Origin: Chiloscyllium plagiosum
Lineage: Eukaryota
DNA: 64,000 nt
NCBI RefSeq assembly: GCF_004010195.1
Contig: NC_057749.1
Coordinates: 20,970,373-21,034,372 of the forward strand
Direction: 5' to 3'
The notes beneath the pieces are model-generated. The model searched no databases, was not told where the DNA came from, and saw only the letters and a program-made list of their open reading frames with translations. This document shows, piece by piece, positions 38,169-50,112 of the stretch (positions within the stretch are counted from its first letter, which is position 1; every line of letters starts with the position of its first letter). The position numbers were made by a program, and so were the translations under genes.

Positions 38169-38491
38169 CCATATGATATTTCACTTTCATCGTTTTCCTC
38201 TGGTTGGTTGGACGTTCTGGCCCGGCTGACTGATGCTTTGAGCTCTCTCTTATTGACTGCTGTCCGTGTTCCGGACCTGCAGGAACTGCTGGCATCCTTT
38301 GTGATGGTGGTGTCAGGCACCGATGTAGAGTCCTGGTTATTGCTGCTGGTGCTGGTGGCACTGGACATTGTCCTGTACAGCTCCAGCTGTGCCACTAGTG
38401 GATGCCCCAAGTTCACTGTTGCTGTTTCTTCCAGCTTTGGGTGTTCCTGAAAGGTCCAGTATTTTAGGGTCAGCCGTAGAAGCAAAGGTTG
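38169..38491 (-). CDS. Internal coding exon of the uncharacterised gene (QPLLLRLTLKYWTF...EISYG)
   Basis: Acceptor ttccctgtttccacag; 323-nt open frame in unique sequence; donor GG|gtaaca (phase 0 to 2). Confidence 0.7.
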
Positions 38492-39365
38492 CTGTGGAAA
38501 CAGGGAATGGGTGTTAAGAAGGGTCTGCAGTTTCAGTATTGGGCACTATCCAACAATCTGAGTATGTTGCTGTATTACGACAGCCTAAACAAAAACATGC
38601 AAAACAGAAACCACTTATCCTTACTTTTCCTGACTCATAATTTCTTTTTAGATTAAAAACCCATGATTATTCATTCATTTACTGTATATTTTTAAAAGCC
38701 AGCACAGCTACACGTATGATTTTCAATTAAAGATAAATGAAATGTTAAATGTAAAATAAAGGACCCAGAAATGTACAATTTTTCACAGAACAATGGCCTC
38801 AATAGTCACGACAGTGAAGACTAAAATGGAGAGTCCAGATGTAGCAGACTCTGTGAAAATTGCCCGGGAATTTGAATTTTCCAATGGACAGTTTTCCAAT
38901 GTCTGGAACCCTCAGGAAGAGGAGGCCGATGGGATCGAGGAAGGGGAGGTGATGTGGGGTTAGAGAGTCTGAGGTGAGAGCTCTCTGAGGTTAGAGGAGG
39001 TGACAGAGATCTAGATAGTGAGGGATTTGAACACAAGGATAAGAATGCTTTCAGCTTTCTGGACCCTGCACTTTAGAATCCCCTCTCTAAACCTCTCCAC
39101 CCCTTTCTCCTTCAAGATTATTTGGACTCACCTCTTCCTTCCCAAACATTTGATCATCTGTCCAAAGACCAGCACCATTGCTTTTCACTTTGACTCAATC
39201 TTCTCCATTAAAGTTGCCACAAGTTGTTGTTGACTTGTTGTTGTACAAATACCATTTTTTTTACATTTTTAAAAATTTAAATTAAATTTTAGATTTAACA
39301 TTTAAAAGTTTAATTTGATTTTACTCTTTTTTTTAAAAATAAATTTTTAATTTTTAGAATTTTTA

Positions 39366-39595
39366 AGTCGGTGTGGAGTTTGCACATTCTCCCCGTGTCT
39401 GCGTGGGTTTCCTCCCACAGTCCAAAGATGTGCAGGTCGGGTGAATTGGCCGTGCTAAATTGCCCGTGATGTTAGGTGCATGAGTTAGGGGTAAATATAG
39501 GGGAGTGGTTCTGGGTGAGTTACTCTTCGGAGGGTCGGTGTGGACTTGTTGGGCCGAAGGGCCCGTTTCCATACTGTAGGGAACCTAATCTAATC
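39366..39595 (+). mobile_element. HE1-type SINE, 5' truncated, after an AT-rich tract
   Basis: V-domain and tail. Confidence 0.88.
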
Positions 39596-40469
39596 TACTC
39601 TGTTGGTGTTGAGGTTTAAAAAGCACAGAGGTGACAAACCCACAGAAACAGACTCAGGGAGGATGATGGAAGTGGGCAGCCTTTGTGGCAGACGGTTGAA
39701 ACATCAGAGGCTCAGGTTAAGTACAAGTGTTGTTGAAATTGTTAATGATCTGTCTCAGTCTGTAGCTTGGGAAGAGAGTGCAGTTGGTGCCGAGGGAACG
39801 GAGATAAAGACAACAGGTTCTGTCTGCCCTAAGCTCAATTAGAGGAAAGTGCAGCTTATCTCAAGGCCCGATTTCAGGAGGGAGCTCTGACGCTCTCAGT
39901 TCTGGTCGAGCGAGGCAAATGGGGGACCACCAAACTAATGTGGACCTCTCCAGTCGCCTCCTTTAGAGTGCATGCCAGCTGGTGTTTGAGATTAAGGACA
40001 TAGGGGAGTCTAACTCTCCAGGGAGTACACAGAGTTCACTAAACACGTTCTCACAATAGCGGGACAGTTCTATCGAGAGAGATTGGGGGAAAGGGGCTTG
40101 TAGAGTTTCGAAGAGTCCGAGGTGATAGCATTGAAACCCACAAAATGCTGAAAAGAATAGACAGGGGAGATAGACCAAAGATGCTTGCCCTGGTTGGGAT
40201 GTTTAAAACCAGGGAAGCACATGCTAAAAAGAAGGGGGAGTGCCACGTGGGTCTGAGAGAAGGAGAAATGATTTTATTCAGAAGGTGAATTTTTGAGATT
40301 CTCCACCACAGAGAACTGGGAAGGCTTGGTCTCTGAATAGGTTTAAGGTCGAGACTGATAGGTTTCTGACTACCTGCACAGGATTATGGGGATGGAGTCA
40401 GTAAAAGGCGTTTCGGTGTTTGATCAGGGGGAACAGGTTTGATGGGCTGAATGGCCTGCTTCTGTTCCA

Positions 40470-40770
40470 ACATTCCAGTCTCTCAGGCGTGCTGCATTTT
40501 GGATGTGCTGTCTTCACAATGAGGCCTTATACCAAGGTCCCATCTCTTCCCTCTGGCTGGATGAGAGTCTGTGTTGTAGAGGGGCAGATGCTTTCCCGAT
40601 ATTCTGGCTGACATTATCCGTAAATCATCAGCAAATATCATCCGGTTAATGTGTTTGGGGTGCTGGCTGTGTGTGAACTAACTGCAGCTTTCCCGGACAA
40701 TAGCAGGGGCCACGCTTTTAAAACAGATTGAGTTTTGTTGTAAAGCAGTTTGGGATGTGCTGAGGTGGCG
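40470..40770 (+). mobile_element. Ancient Deu-domain-like SINE relic
   Basis: aggtcccatct..ctggctgacattatc..gctttcc..tttgggatgtgctgaggt; related relics at about 51900, 52570-53190, 55400-55620 and 62480-62820. Confidence 0.55.
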
Positions 40771-40789
40771 CGGGGTCTTGGTCTGTTAC

Positions 40790-40915
40790 CTTGAGTTTAT
40801 GTAGGCCGCTCAGTCTCAGTGTAGTGTCTGACGGCTGGTCATTGCTCAGAGACGATAGAAGCGAGTCGATCTGGGATGACTCTCCGTCGAGATCGGAACA
40901 GGCACTTGCCAACTC
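40790..40915 (-). CDS. Internal coding exon (ELASACSDLDGESSQIDSLLSSLSNDQPSDTTLRLSGLHKLK)
   Basis: Acceptor tttacttttgctccag; donor AAG|gtaaca; 126 nt, phase 0/0; CpG-rich. Confidence 0.75.
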
Positions 40916-41878
40916 CTGGAGCAAAAGTAAAAAGGTGTCAGTCTTCTAAACCATCCTCCCAGACTTTCCAGGACAAAGCAGACCACTTGATTGACACCCC
41001 AGTCATCAACTTCAAAGTTCACTCTCTCTCCCACCGATGCTCAGTAGCAGCAGCATGTACTGTCGACCAGGTGCACTGCAGAAATTAGACAGCACCTTCC
41101 AAACCCAGAACTTGTTCTGTCTAGAAGGACAAGGGCAGCAGATACAAGGGGACATCACCAGCAGCTGTAAGCTCTCCCACAAGTTCCTCAGCATCACTAT
41201 GACAGGAATCCGGGGAAAGGTATGGACAGAAGGACTATTATGAGGTTGATCTCAGAGAACGAAGAACAAAGAAAATTCCAGCACAGGAACAGGCCCTTCA
41301 GCCTTCCAAGCCTGCGCCACAGGAACAGGCCCTTCAGCCTTCCAAGCCTGCGCCAATCCAGATCCTCTATCTAAACCTGTCGCCTATTTTCATTCATGTA
41401 TCTGTCTAGATACATCTTAAATGATGCTATCGTGCCCACCTCTACCACCTCCGCTAGCAACGCATGCCAGGCACCCAAGACCCTTTGTGTAAAGAACTTT
41501 CCCCCTCTCACCTTGAACTCGTGACCCCTAGTAATTGGGGTCAGCTGAGTGTCAGCAGCAATAGGAGCGGGGGTGGGTTGAATCTTATAACTCAAGGGCG
41601 TTTAGAGATGGGGCAGTAAGTGCTGGCATTGCGTATTAAAAATAGAAACCTTCATCTTGTGTCAGAACTGTAAGGAACAAGGCATCCCAAACTCTTATTC
41701 TCCCATCCATCCATGCAATGTTCCTGACTGGAACATCCCTCTGTAGCACAGGGAGTGTAAATCAACTCCTTCCTCAGTTGCAGGAAGGTCCAGTGGTGAC
41801 GTTCAGACAGTTGACTCCTCCAACTCGCCTATGTGTGTTTGAATGGTCAGACCCTGAAGGAGTGCGTCCTATCAATAC

Positions 41879-41953
41879 CCTCCCTCCAGTTGGGGCTGTG
41901 GCATGTGACCGAGAAACCCTAGAAATGGTGGGGGAAGATATCACAACATCTTC
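41879..41953 (-). CDS. Putative internal exon (EDVVISSPTISRVSRSHATAPTGGR)
   Basis: Long polypyrimidine acceptor ttttcccacttttccattgtccaaccag; donor AGG|gtattg; 75 nt, phase 0/0. Confidence 0.5.
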
Positions 41954-42389
41954 CTGGTTGGACAATGGAAAAGTGGGAAAAGTGAAGCAGGGGTGCGGAG
42001 AAAACGTTGCTGAAGCACATCCCTGCTCTGAAGGGTGTAAACACCACAAGGTCACATTTACAAACCAGCTCTGCGGGCTACTCTGTACACGCTAACATCA
42101 GAGCGACCCATTGCTCCTGGCAAATGGGTTTATTATCTCGTGTTTGTTTTTAACTTTGTAGCTTGTGACCGTCACGACACACATTCCACAGCCCAACCTG
42201 GAACCTGCTGCTTGGTCACAAGGTCATTCACAAGGTCTCCAGCAATCAGTGACCTCAGCCAAGACCCTCTGAGGCATGTGATATCAGAACAAATCTGGGA
42301 GTGGCCTTAATCCCTTAACACAGCCGAGAGGTGGCAGTCAGAGCAAGGACAGGGGGTCAGTCGCTCTGTTCCAACTTGCTGAGGGTGGG

Positions 42390-43565
42390 GGGAGCACTCA
42401 CTTTGTACCCAGTCACTGACGAGAGGGCACTCCCTACCCACTCACTGAGGGAAGGGGCATTCACTCCCTACCCACTCACTGAGGGAGGAGGCACCCACTC
42501 TGCACCCACTAACTGAGGAAGGGTCACTCCCTACCAACTCACCGAGGGAGGGGGCATTCACTCCCTACCTACTCACTGAGGGAGGGGGTATTCACTCCCT
42601 AACTACTCACTGAGGGAGGGGGCACTGACTGCCTACCCACTCACTGAGGGGGGCACTCCCTACCCACTCACTGAGGGAAGGGGCATTCACTCCCTAAGGG
42701 AGTGGGCATTCACTCCCTACCCACTCACTGAGGGAAGGGGCATTCACTCCCTAAGGGAGTGGGCATTCACTCCCTACCCACTCACTGAGGGAAGGGGCAT
42801 TCACTCCCTAAGGGAGTGGGCATTCACTCCCTACCCACTCACTGAGGGAAGGGGCATTCACTCCCTAAGGGAGTGGGCATTCACTCCCTACCCACTCACT
42901 GAGGGAGTGGGTATTCACTCCCTACCCACTCACTGAGGAAGGGGGCACCCTGCACCCACTCACTGAGGGAGGGGGCACTCACTCTGCACCCACTAACTGA
43001 GGAAGGGTCACTCCCTACCAACTCACCGAGGGAGGGGGCATTCACTCCCTACCTACTCACTGAGGGAGGGGGCATTCACTCCCTCTGGATCAGTGGTGCT
43101 GGAAGAGCACAGCAATTCAGGCAGCATCCGAGGACAGGCAAAATCGACGTTTCGGGGGGCTTTTGCCCGAAACGTCGATTTTGCCTGTCCTCGGATGCTG
43201 CCTGAACTGCTGTGCTCTTCCAGCACCACTGATCCAGAATCTGGTTTCCAGCATCTGCAGTCATTGTTTTTACCTCTTTTACGGCATTCACTCCCTACCT
43301 ACTCACTGAGGGAGGGGGCATTCACTCTCTACCTACTCACTGAGGGAGGGGGCACTGACTGCCTACCCACTCACTGAGGGGGGGCACTCCCTACCCACTC
43401 ACTGAGGGACGGGGCACTCCACACCCTCTCACTGAGGGAGGGGGCACTCCACACCCTCTCACTGAGGGAGGGGGCGAGGGGGCACTCCACACCCTCTCAC
43501 TGAGGGAGGGGGCACTCCACACCTTCTCACTGAGGAAGGGGGCACTCCACACCCTCTCACTGAGG
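42390..43565. repeat. ~27-31 bp minisatellite (ccctacccactcactgagggagggggcattcact) with a 53-bp higher-order unit
   Basis: Dozens of tandem units; exact 53-bp repeats at about 42660-42900. Confidence 0.95.
43084..43282. mobile_element. Near-perfect fold-back PLE pLTR insertion inside the minisatellite
   Basis: Arms at about 43084-43155 and 43167-43238; flanked by ggcattcactccct. Confidence 0.88.
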
Positions 43566-43968
43566 GGGTGTCAGGGGAGTAAATTGTCACCCACAAACAT
43601 TGGGGAACAGCTGCTCTGGGTGTCAGGTGCACTAAAGCATTCAATAGCTGTGTGACTCCGATGCCCCTACACACAACACCAATAACAGGCCCTCCTACCC
43701 CCTTCCCACAATTCTCAGTGGGTTGTCACACGAACATTGATGAGTGATTACACCAATCAGAAAGCTCTGAATTGAAGAAAGCAAGAATTTACCACAATCA
43801 AGGGAAAGTTATTTATTTGCTCCAATGCAGTAGGCCTCAGTAATACAATCTTTGGCAGTCTTTCCTTTAAATGCCCCTTGAAGTCCATTGAAGACCCTGA
43901 CAGTGTGTATCTCTGACGAAGCCTGCCCTTCACACTGTGCTCTCAGTATTTGGGCAGTTGTCACTTAC

Positions 43969-44123
43969 CTCTGGTTTCTGAAGGAAGACTTTACACTTGG
44001 CGATATCTGAGGGCCTTGTCTTAATGTTGGCGTAGACAATCATTACATTGGAGAAGATGGCACTGCAGCTCAACTCCACTTCCACACCACACGGAAAGCG
44101 AATGGTCCTTCTCTTTGGCAGTT
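43969..44123 (-). CDS. Internal coding exon ((E)LPKRRTIRFPCGVEVELSCSAIFSNVMIVYANIKTRPSDIAKCKVFLQKPE)
   Basis: Strong donor GAG|gtaagt in phase 0; acceptor gactttccccag (phase 1). Confidence 0.6.
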
Positions 44124-44232
44124 CTGGGGAAAGTCGGTGAACAAAGCTTTAGGCAACTTTTCAGCTGAACATTGTGACCCGGATCCCTCGGTACGTCAGG
44201 GAGCGGTGGAGTGAGTTGACGTGCAAAACTAC

Positions 44233-44284
44233 CGGAAATGTCATTCGCTGATTTTTCTTCAAGGAAAGCTGTTTCAACAACAAT
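44233..44284 (-). CDS. Internal coding exon (IVVETAFLEEKSANDIS); 3' boundary uncertain
   Basis: Acceptor ttttatatccttgcag in phase 0; weak donor CCG|gtagtt gives a 109-nt intron that restores the frame. Confidence 0.5.
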
Positions 44285-44824
44285 CTGCAAGGATATAAAA
44301 CTGCATATGCTGGAGATGGGAACTAAAAGCAGAAAGGGCTGGAGAAATGCAGCAGATCTGGCAGCCATCGTGCACACAGGGACAGAGCTTGGATTCTTTC
44401 AGGTACCTCATTAGAGAGAATGTGACGCTAAACTACAAAAGGATGTATTTGGACAGATGATCAGAAACCTGACCAAAGGGAGGTCCTGGGGAGAGGAGGG
44501 AGAGGTAAAGAGGTAGTGAGGTTCTTGGAGGGACTTTAATTCAAGGAGTTGAAGGTGACAATGGGACAGTTGAAGTTTGTGATATGCGAGAGGCCTGAAT
44601 TTGAGGAGCAGAGTGATCCCAGGGAGTGGGAGGACTGGAGGAGATGACAGCAATAGTGAAACATCCTTGGAAGGCACTGATCTAACTGAACATGGAGTCA
44701 GAAGACATCTCAAAATCTCAGCAGATTTAATGTTAAACATTCTGAATCAATCTTCGCCTTCATTCGATTTTGTCTTTTTACAAGGCCCCAGTACTTTGGT
44801 CTAATTGGTGAAGCGATGACCTAG

Positions 44825-45125
44825 TTGTATTATCGCTGGGTCCCAGATTCAAATCCTGCCATGGCCAATGGTGGAATTTGAATTCAATAAATATCTGGAA
44901 TTAAGAGTCTAATGATGACTATAAATCCATTGTCGATTGTTGAAAAAAACTATCTGGTTCATTAATGTCCTTCAGGGAAGGAAACTGTCATCCTAGTCTG
45001 GCCTACATGTGACTCCAGACCCACAGCGATGTGGTTGACTTTTAACTGCCCTCTGGGAAATTAGGGATGGGTAATAAATACTGACCTGGGCAGCGATGCC
45101 CTCAGTCTGTGAATGAATAAAAAAT
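44825..45125 (+). mobile_element. SINE-like repeat sharing the 3' tail of the second CR1 lineage
   Basis: ttcaaatcc B-box-like motif, tctggcctacatgtgactccagacccacagc, ending gtgaatgaataaa; copies near 52100-52410 and 63530-63910. Confidence 0.65.
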
Positions 45126-46104
45126 AATGGAGATATTGAGGGTTTCGGAGAGATGTTGAGGTGAGCCATGAGGTTGGTTTCTCACATTTAAAACAGCCCT
45201 AAATACTACAATAAACTGATAAAGCTAATAGGTCACATTCCTGTTAAAGTTGGTCATGATTTGAATAGAACAAGGCATGGATTTCTTAGGTTTATGTTTC
45301 AACACAATAGGTCAGGGAGGACAGGAAGCATAACTTCAACAACGGAAGTTGCCGGAAAAGCTCAGCAGGTCTGGCAGCACCTGTGAAGAGAAATCAGAGC
45401 TAACATTTCGGGGCCCTGAAGCAAAATTTCAAGTTCTGTAAAAGGCAGGATAGTTTTAACCGATCTATTTTTCTAATCGACCTGTTCAGAGATGTTATTA
45501 CACACTTCTGAAGTGGGTGGGCCTTGAATCCGGGCTTCCCGGTCTAGGGATAGGGAAGCTACCACTGTGCCCCTAAATATCGTTACCCACCAACAGTGGA
45601 GCACACCCCCTACCCCGACTTAATAACATTGAAGGTCCAAGCAATCACAAGACACATATCTGTTCCTTGCCATTCACACTCTCAGATTATCAAATTAATC
45701 ATCAAGGTATCTGAATTGCTTTAAGCTGGTCCACGGCTTCAGACAATTTACACATCAGAATGGGCACCCACATGTGATTAAACAGCTTGAGTATAATTAA
45801 AGAGTTCAGCACTGATTCCAAAAAATAATTACAGGCTGCGACGCTGTAGAGAGGTTCAGATGCTAGCACTGATGGTGAATGGGGCCCTGCAAAAGGTTGG
45901 CACTTAATTGTGTAAAATGTTTTACTATTGACCAGGGATCTATTTAATGCAACAGGTGGAATTAAAATCCCTAACATTTCTGGGAGCATTATAGGCATTT
46001 TGGGATTTTCAGGAATGTTTAGCTCTGACAGGTTTGCACAATGTCTGGGAAGAGCAGCACTTGATGCAGATTTGAGGAATATTTCTCCCATGTACTACGC
46101 AAAC

Positions 46105-46835
46105 GGCAGGCAATGACCATTAAGAGACCATCAAACCATTGACATTCAATAGTGTTACTATCACTGAATGACCCCACTATCAACATCCTAGAGGGGGAGG
46201 GGGTTATCATTGACCAGAAACTCAACTTGACTCACCACATAAACGCAGTGGCTACAAGAGCAGGTCAGAGGCTAGGAATACAGCGGCGAGTAACTCACCT
46301 CCTGACTCCCCAAAGCCTGTCCACCATCTACATGGCACAAGTCTGGAGTGTGATGGAATACTCCCCACTTACCTGGATGGGTGCAGTTCCAAAAACACTC
46401 AACACCATTCAGGACAAAGCAGTCCACTTGATTGGCACTCCATCCACAAGCATCCACTCCCTCCACCACCGTCACTCAGTAACAGCAGTGTGTACTATCC
46501 ACAAGATGCACTGCAGAAATTCATCAAAGATCCTCAGACAGCATCCTCCATTCCCATAACCACTTCCATCTCAAAGGACAAGGGCAGAAGATACACAGGA
46601 ACACCAACTCCCTGCAAGCTCCACTCCAAGCCACTTACCATCCTGACTTGGTAATATATCACTGTGTCTCTGGGTCAAATTCCTGGAATTCTCTCCCTAA
46701 TGACATTGTGGGTCAACCTACAGCACATGGACTGCAGTGGTTCAAGAAGGAAGCTCACCCCCACTTCCTCAGGGGCAATTAGGGTCAGACAATAAATGCT
46801 GGCCAGTGATGTCAATGTTCCATGAGTGAATTATA
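46105..46835 (+). mobile_element. Second CR1-clade lineage 3' portion
   Basis: IDQKLN..HINAVATRAGQRLG..STIY.AQV.SVMEYSPL.WMGA. Confidence 0.85.
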
Positions 46836-47192
46836 AAATGCCCCATGATACGGTACTAATTACAATGAAAATCACCAACACTAGCAGCTTAACCTCTCCC
46901 CTGTCTGATCACTGCCTGGGTAAGCGAGGAATTATTTGCATCACTGATGGATTCGCTCAGTGTGAGGCAGTTCAGTATTGCACTGACACAGCAGTCAGAG
47001 TAAATCCAGCTGCAGCTTAAAACCTGAACCTGAGCTAAGCTGCAGTGCAGTGGAATAACAGTCCTTGCGATTACAGTAAGACTCACCCAGACACCATTTG
47101 AAATACCACAGAGTTCTGGACACCATACCACACAGCCATGGAGGAGGTTGCTGAGAGAGTTAATGTTGAGACTGCATTAAGCTCTACCCAAC

Positions 47193-47273
47193 CTGATGAT
47201 TTCCCAGCCTCTGGCCATAGAAGATCCAATAAGCATTAGGTCCCAACGGAGATAGATGTGACTGCTGCGGTTG
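47193..47273 (-). CDS. Putative internal exon (QPQQSHLSPLGPNAYWIFYGQRLGNHQ)
   Basis: Perfect TACTAAC branch point just upstream of cag; donor CAG|gttggg; 81 nt, phase 0/0. Confidence 0.5.
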
Positions 47274-48035
47274 CTGACAGTTTGTTAGTAACTCATCAGT
47301 GTGACTCATGCCTGTTGCTATTATGTAATAAGTAACATTCCATTGTGCAAAATAAGTGCCTCTTCTCATTAAGACTCAACCGTGTTTGCCATCCATCACC
47401 ACCAACTAGGCTCAGCACAGAAAGGATAGAATCTTCTCTTGTGTTACAGTTATAGTGTCACTGCCTCTGAACCATAAGACCTGTGATGGAGATGTGTTGT
47501 AATATGCCTGAACAGGGTAACTAAACAATATTTAGCGGTCCTGTGGTAGTGCGCTTATCTCGGAGACAGGAGATTGAAACACTGCTTGTCCCAGAGGTGT
47601 GCCACAGCCCTGCCAAACAGGCAAAGTAAAATAACCAGCCCCTGGTCATGAAGTTCACATCTAAATTTCAGCATTGAAGGCCCCTTATGGCACATTGGTA
47701 ATGTCTCTACCTCTTGGCTAGAAGGTTCAGCTTTAGGTCACCTCTTCCCCAGAGGTTTGGCATCACATATTCAGCCAGATTGACTGAAATAATTACAACA
47801 GTCGCACTGTTATGGCAAGGGGTAGTGGCACTGTCACCAAACTAGTAATCCAGAGAAACTGGTCAATCCTCCAGGAACATGGGTTCAAATCCCACCATGA
47901 CAGATCGTGACAATTTTATTTAAAAAAATCTTATTAAAGAAACATCTGCTTCACTAAAGCCTGTGATCGGTCATGATCTGGAATGAAGATTATTCAATGG
48001 GCTGAATGGTCTACAGGACTCTGTATTACATATTT

Positions 48036-48285
48036 CATAGAATCCCTACAGTGTGAAAACTCAGTCCACACCAAAAGCATCCCACTCTGAACCAACCTGT
48101 CTCTGTAATCCTACATTCCCACGGCCAATTCATCTAACCTGCACATCTTTGGACTGAGAGAAGAAACCAGAGCACCCAGAGGAAAGCCACACAGAATATG
48201 CAAACTCTACACAGACAGTCACCCAAGCTGGAATCGAACCTGGGTCCCAACGTTGTGAGGTAGCCATGTTAACCACTGAACCAAT
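48036..48285 (-). mobile_element. HE1-type SINE, decayed
   Basis: Reverse complement of the HE1 core. Confidence 0.75.
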
Positions 48286-48385
48286 GTACTTTCAATTTAT
48301 ATTGAGTGGTTTTATTTGCTGCCCCATTGTGCTTTTTTTAAAGGAACTGCTTTTAAACTTTTGGTAACATTTCAGACTCACTCAC

Positions 48386-48484
48386 CTGATCTCTGGACAT
48401 CCCGTGTGAAGAAGGTTGTGGGAGGGAGCGATTAGAGCATCTGCTCATGGACGGAGGAGGGGGTGGTAGTAGTTGACTGTCTCC
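48386..48484 (-). CDS. Internal coding exon (GDSQLLPPPPPSMSRCSNRSLPQPSSHGMSRDQ)
   Basis: Consensus donor CAG|gtgagt; acceptor ccacag; 99 nt, phase 0/0. Confidence 0.6.
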
Positions 48485-48702
48485 CTGTGGTTACATCAAG
48501 CGGGAATATGTGATGTCTACTGGCACAAAAGAGGCATTGGGAGATCGGTGGGAACCACAGGAGCTGGGCATATTACCACTCCGCCTACAACCCTGTCCTC
48601 CCCCCCCAAAAAAGTTTCGATTTGATTCTAATAGATTACCCAAGAGAGTTCTAAAGGAGAGACATACTGGATTCAAAACGTTAACTCTGTTTCTCTCTCC
48701 AC

Positions 48703-48826
48703 AGATGAAGGGCTTTTGCCCGAAACATCGATTCTCCTGTTGCTCGGATGCTGCCTGACCTGTTGTGCTTTTCCAGCACTACACTCTCGACTCTGATCTC
48801 CAGCATCTGCAGTCCTCACTTTCTCC
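48703..48826 (+). mobile_element. Solo PLE pLTR inserted in an older pLTR
   Basis: gatgaagggcttttgcccgaaac..ctgcagtcctcactttctcc. Confidence 0.8.
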
Positions 48827-49246
48827 CTGAGCTTCGTCAGCGTTTGCTTGAGGGCTTAGTGAAGTAGTGTGGAGTGAGCCGGGTTACTAACTGGTGGGGA
48901 TTTAGTTTGAAGCACTCTGGAAACGTGTCAACAATGGAGTAACAAACCCGGAAAGTACTGGCAAAACTCCAGCATTCTCTGCTTTTGCTTCAGATTTCCC
49001 AGCATGCACAGTGTCTGGTGGGGTGTCCGAGTGTTAACAATGATGTTTGGGTTAAAAGATCGCTGGAACGGAACAGAACCGAGCTGGGAGCTCCTCAGTA
49101 ATGAGCAGGTCAGGTACTTGGCTTGAAGAGTGATTTTTGCTGCCAGCACAGCTTTGCTGGGGCAGCTGAAGTGAAGAACATTAAACTCTGAGAGCAAGCG
49201 TTGAAGCGTAATGTAAAACACAACGAGAAGGGCTATCAGACACTAC

Positions 49247-49464
49247 CTCATGGTTAACTGGAGGGAGACTGCATGAGGAGCCTTCCCTCATGTTGGCGAA
49301 GGTCACTCTCTTACCATTGGCTTGTTTCCAACGCTCATTCCTCACTCGGAGTTGCACTGTGTGACCCTTCGTACAGATCTCATCAGTCAGGGCCCGGCAC
49401 TCCTTCAAGGTGTGTCTGATCTCCATCACTTGCTTGCCGGTAATCAATTGGTCCTTCCCCATTT
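49247..49464 (-). CDS. Coding exon (MGKDQLITGKQVMEIRHTLKECRALTDEIC...KRVTF...PPVNHE)
   Basis: Acceptor ttgtttgtgttttcccacag; 218-nt open frame; donor GAG|gtagtg; phase 1 to 0. Confidence 0.7.
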
Positions 49465-49864
49465 CTGTGGGAAAACACAAACAAGAGGAATTAATTGACT
49501 CTGACAGGAAGCGGGGCCCAAAACATTGGCCGGGTTTAGTCACTGCCAGCAACCTCGCTGCTGTTTGGAAATACAGCGAGCGGGGTTCAGCAATTCTGAA
49601 ACCAAAGCAAACTTCTGCAGATATTGGAAATCTGAAAAATCCCAGAATACATAGAGCACCCGTGGCAAACAAAGCACAGTTAACATTCCAGGAGAATGAC
49701 AGGTCACTGGGATGAAGATTAACTGGGTTTTTCACACCAGTACTGGAGTGACAGCCTGACATTCCAATAGTAATTCACTGGGGGAGTAACGTTGACCATC
49801 TAATCTTACTTTCAAGCCCAACATTCTCTACGTTAGGAGCAGCAGTGCTTCAACTACCTCTGGG

Positions 49865-50112
49865 AGAAAATGAGGACTGCAGATGCTGGAGATCAGAGTC
49901 GAGAGGGTGGTGCTGGAAAAGCACAGGTCAGGCAGCATCCAAGGAGCAGGAAAATCAACGCTTCAGGCCGGAGCCCTTCATCAGGAAGGGCTAATGCCCG
50001 AAACCACAAACCTCATTCCTGAAGAAAGGTTTATGCCCAAAAAACATCAACTCTCCTGCTCCTCGGATGCTGCCTGACCTGCTGTGTTTTTCCAGCACCA
50101 TACTCTTGACCT
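49865..50112. mobile_element. Palindromic PLE pLTR insertion with 15-bp TSD
   Basis: Inverted pLTR arms; tca(a/t)ctacctctggg at about 49850-49864 and 50113-50127. Confidence 0.8.

Noticed and set aside
42390..43565. CRISPR-like repeat array
   Set aside because: Contiguous tandem units with no unique spacers, no cas genes, and a eukaryotic context.
45702..46091. 129-aa minus-strand ORF within the gene span
   Set aside because: No phase-compatible splice pair found and no recognisable motif.
49960..49986. Sense-strand intronic hammerhead able to cut the gene's pre-mRNA
   Set aside because: The core GAAA is mutated to GAAG, so it is probably inactive.
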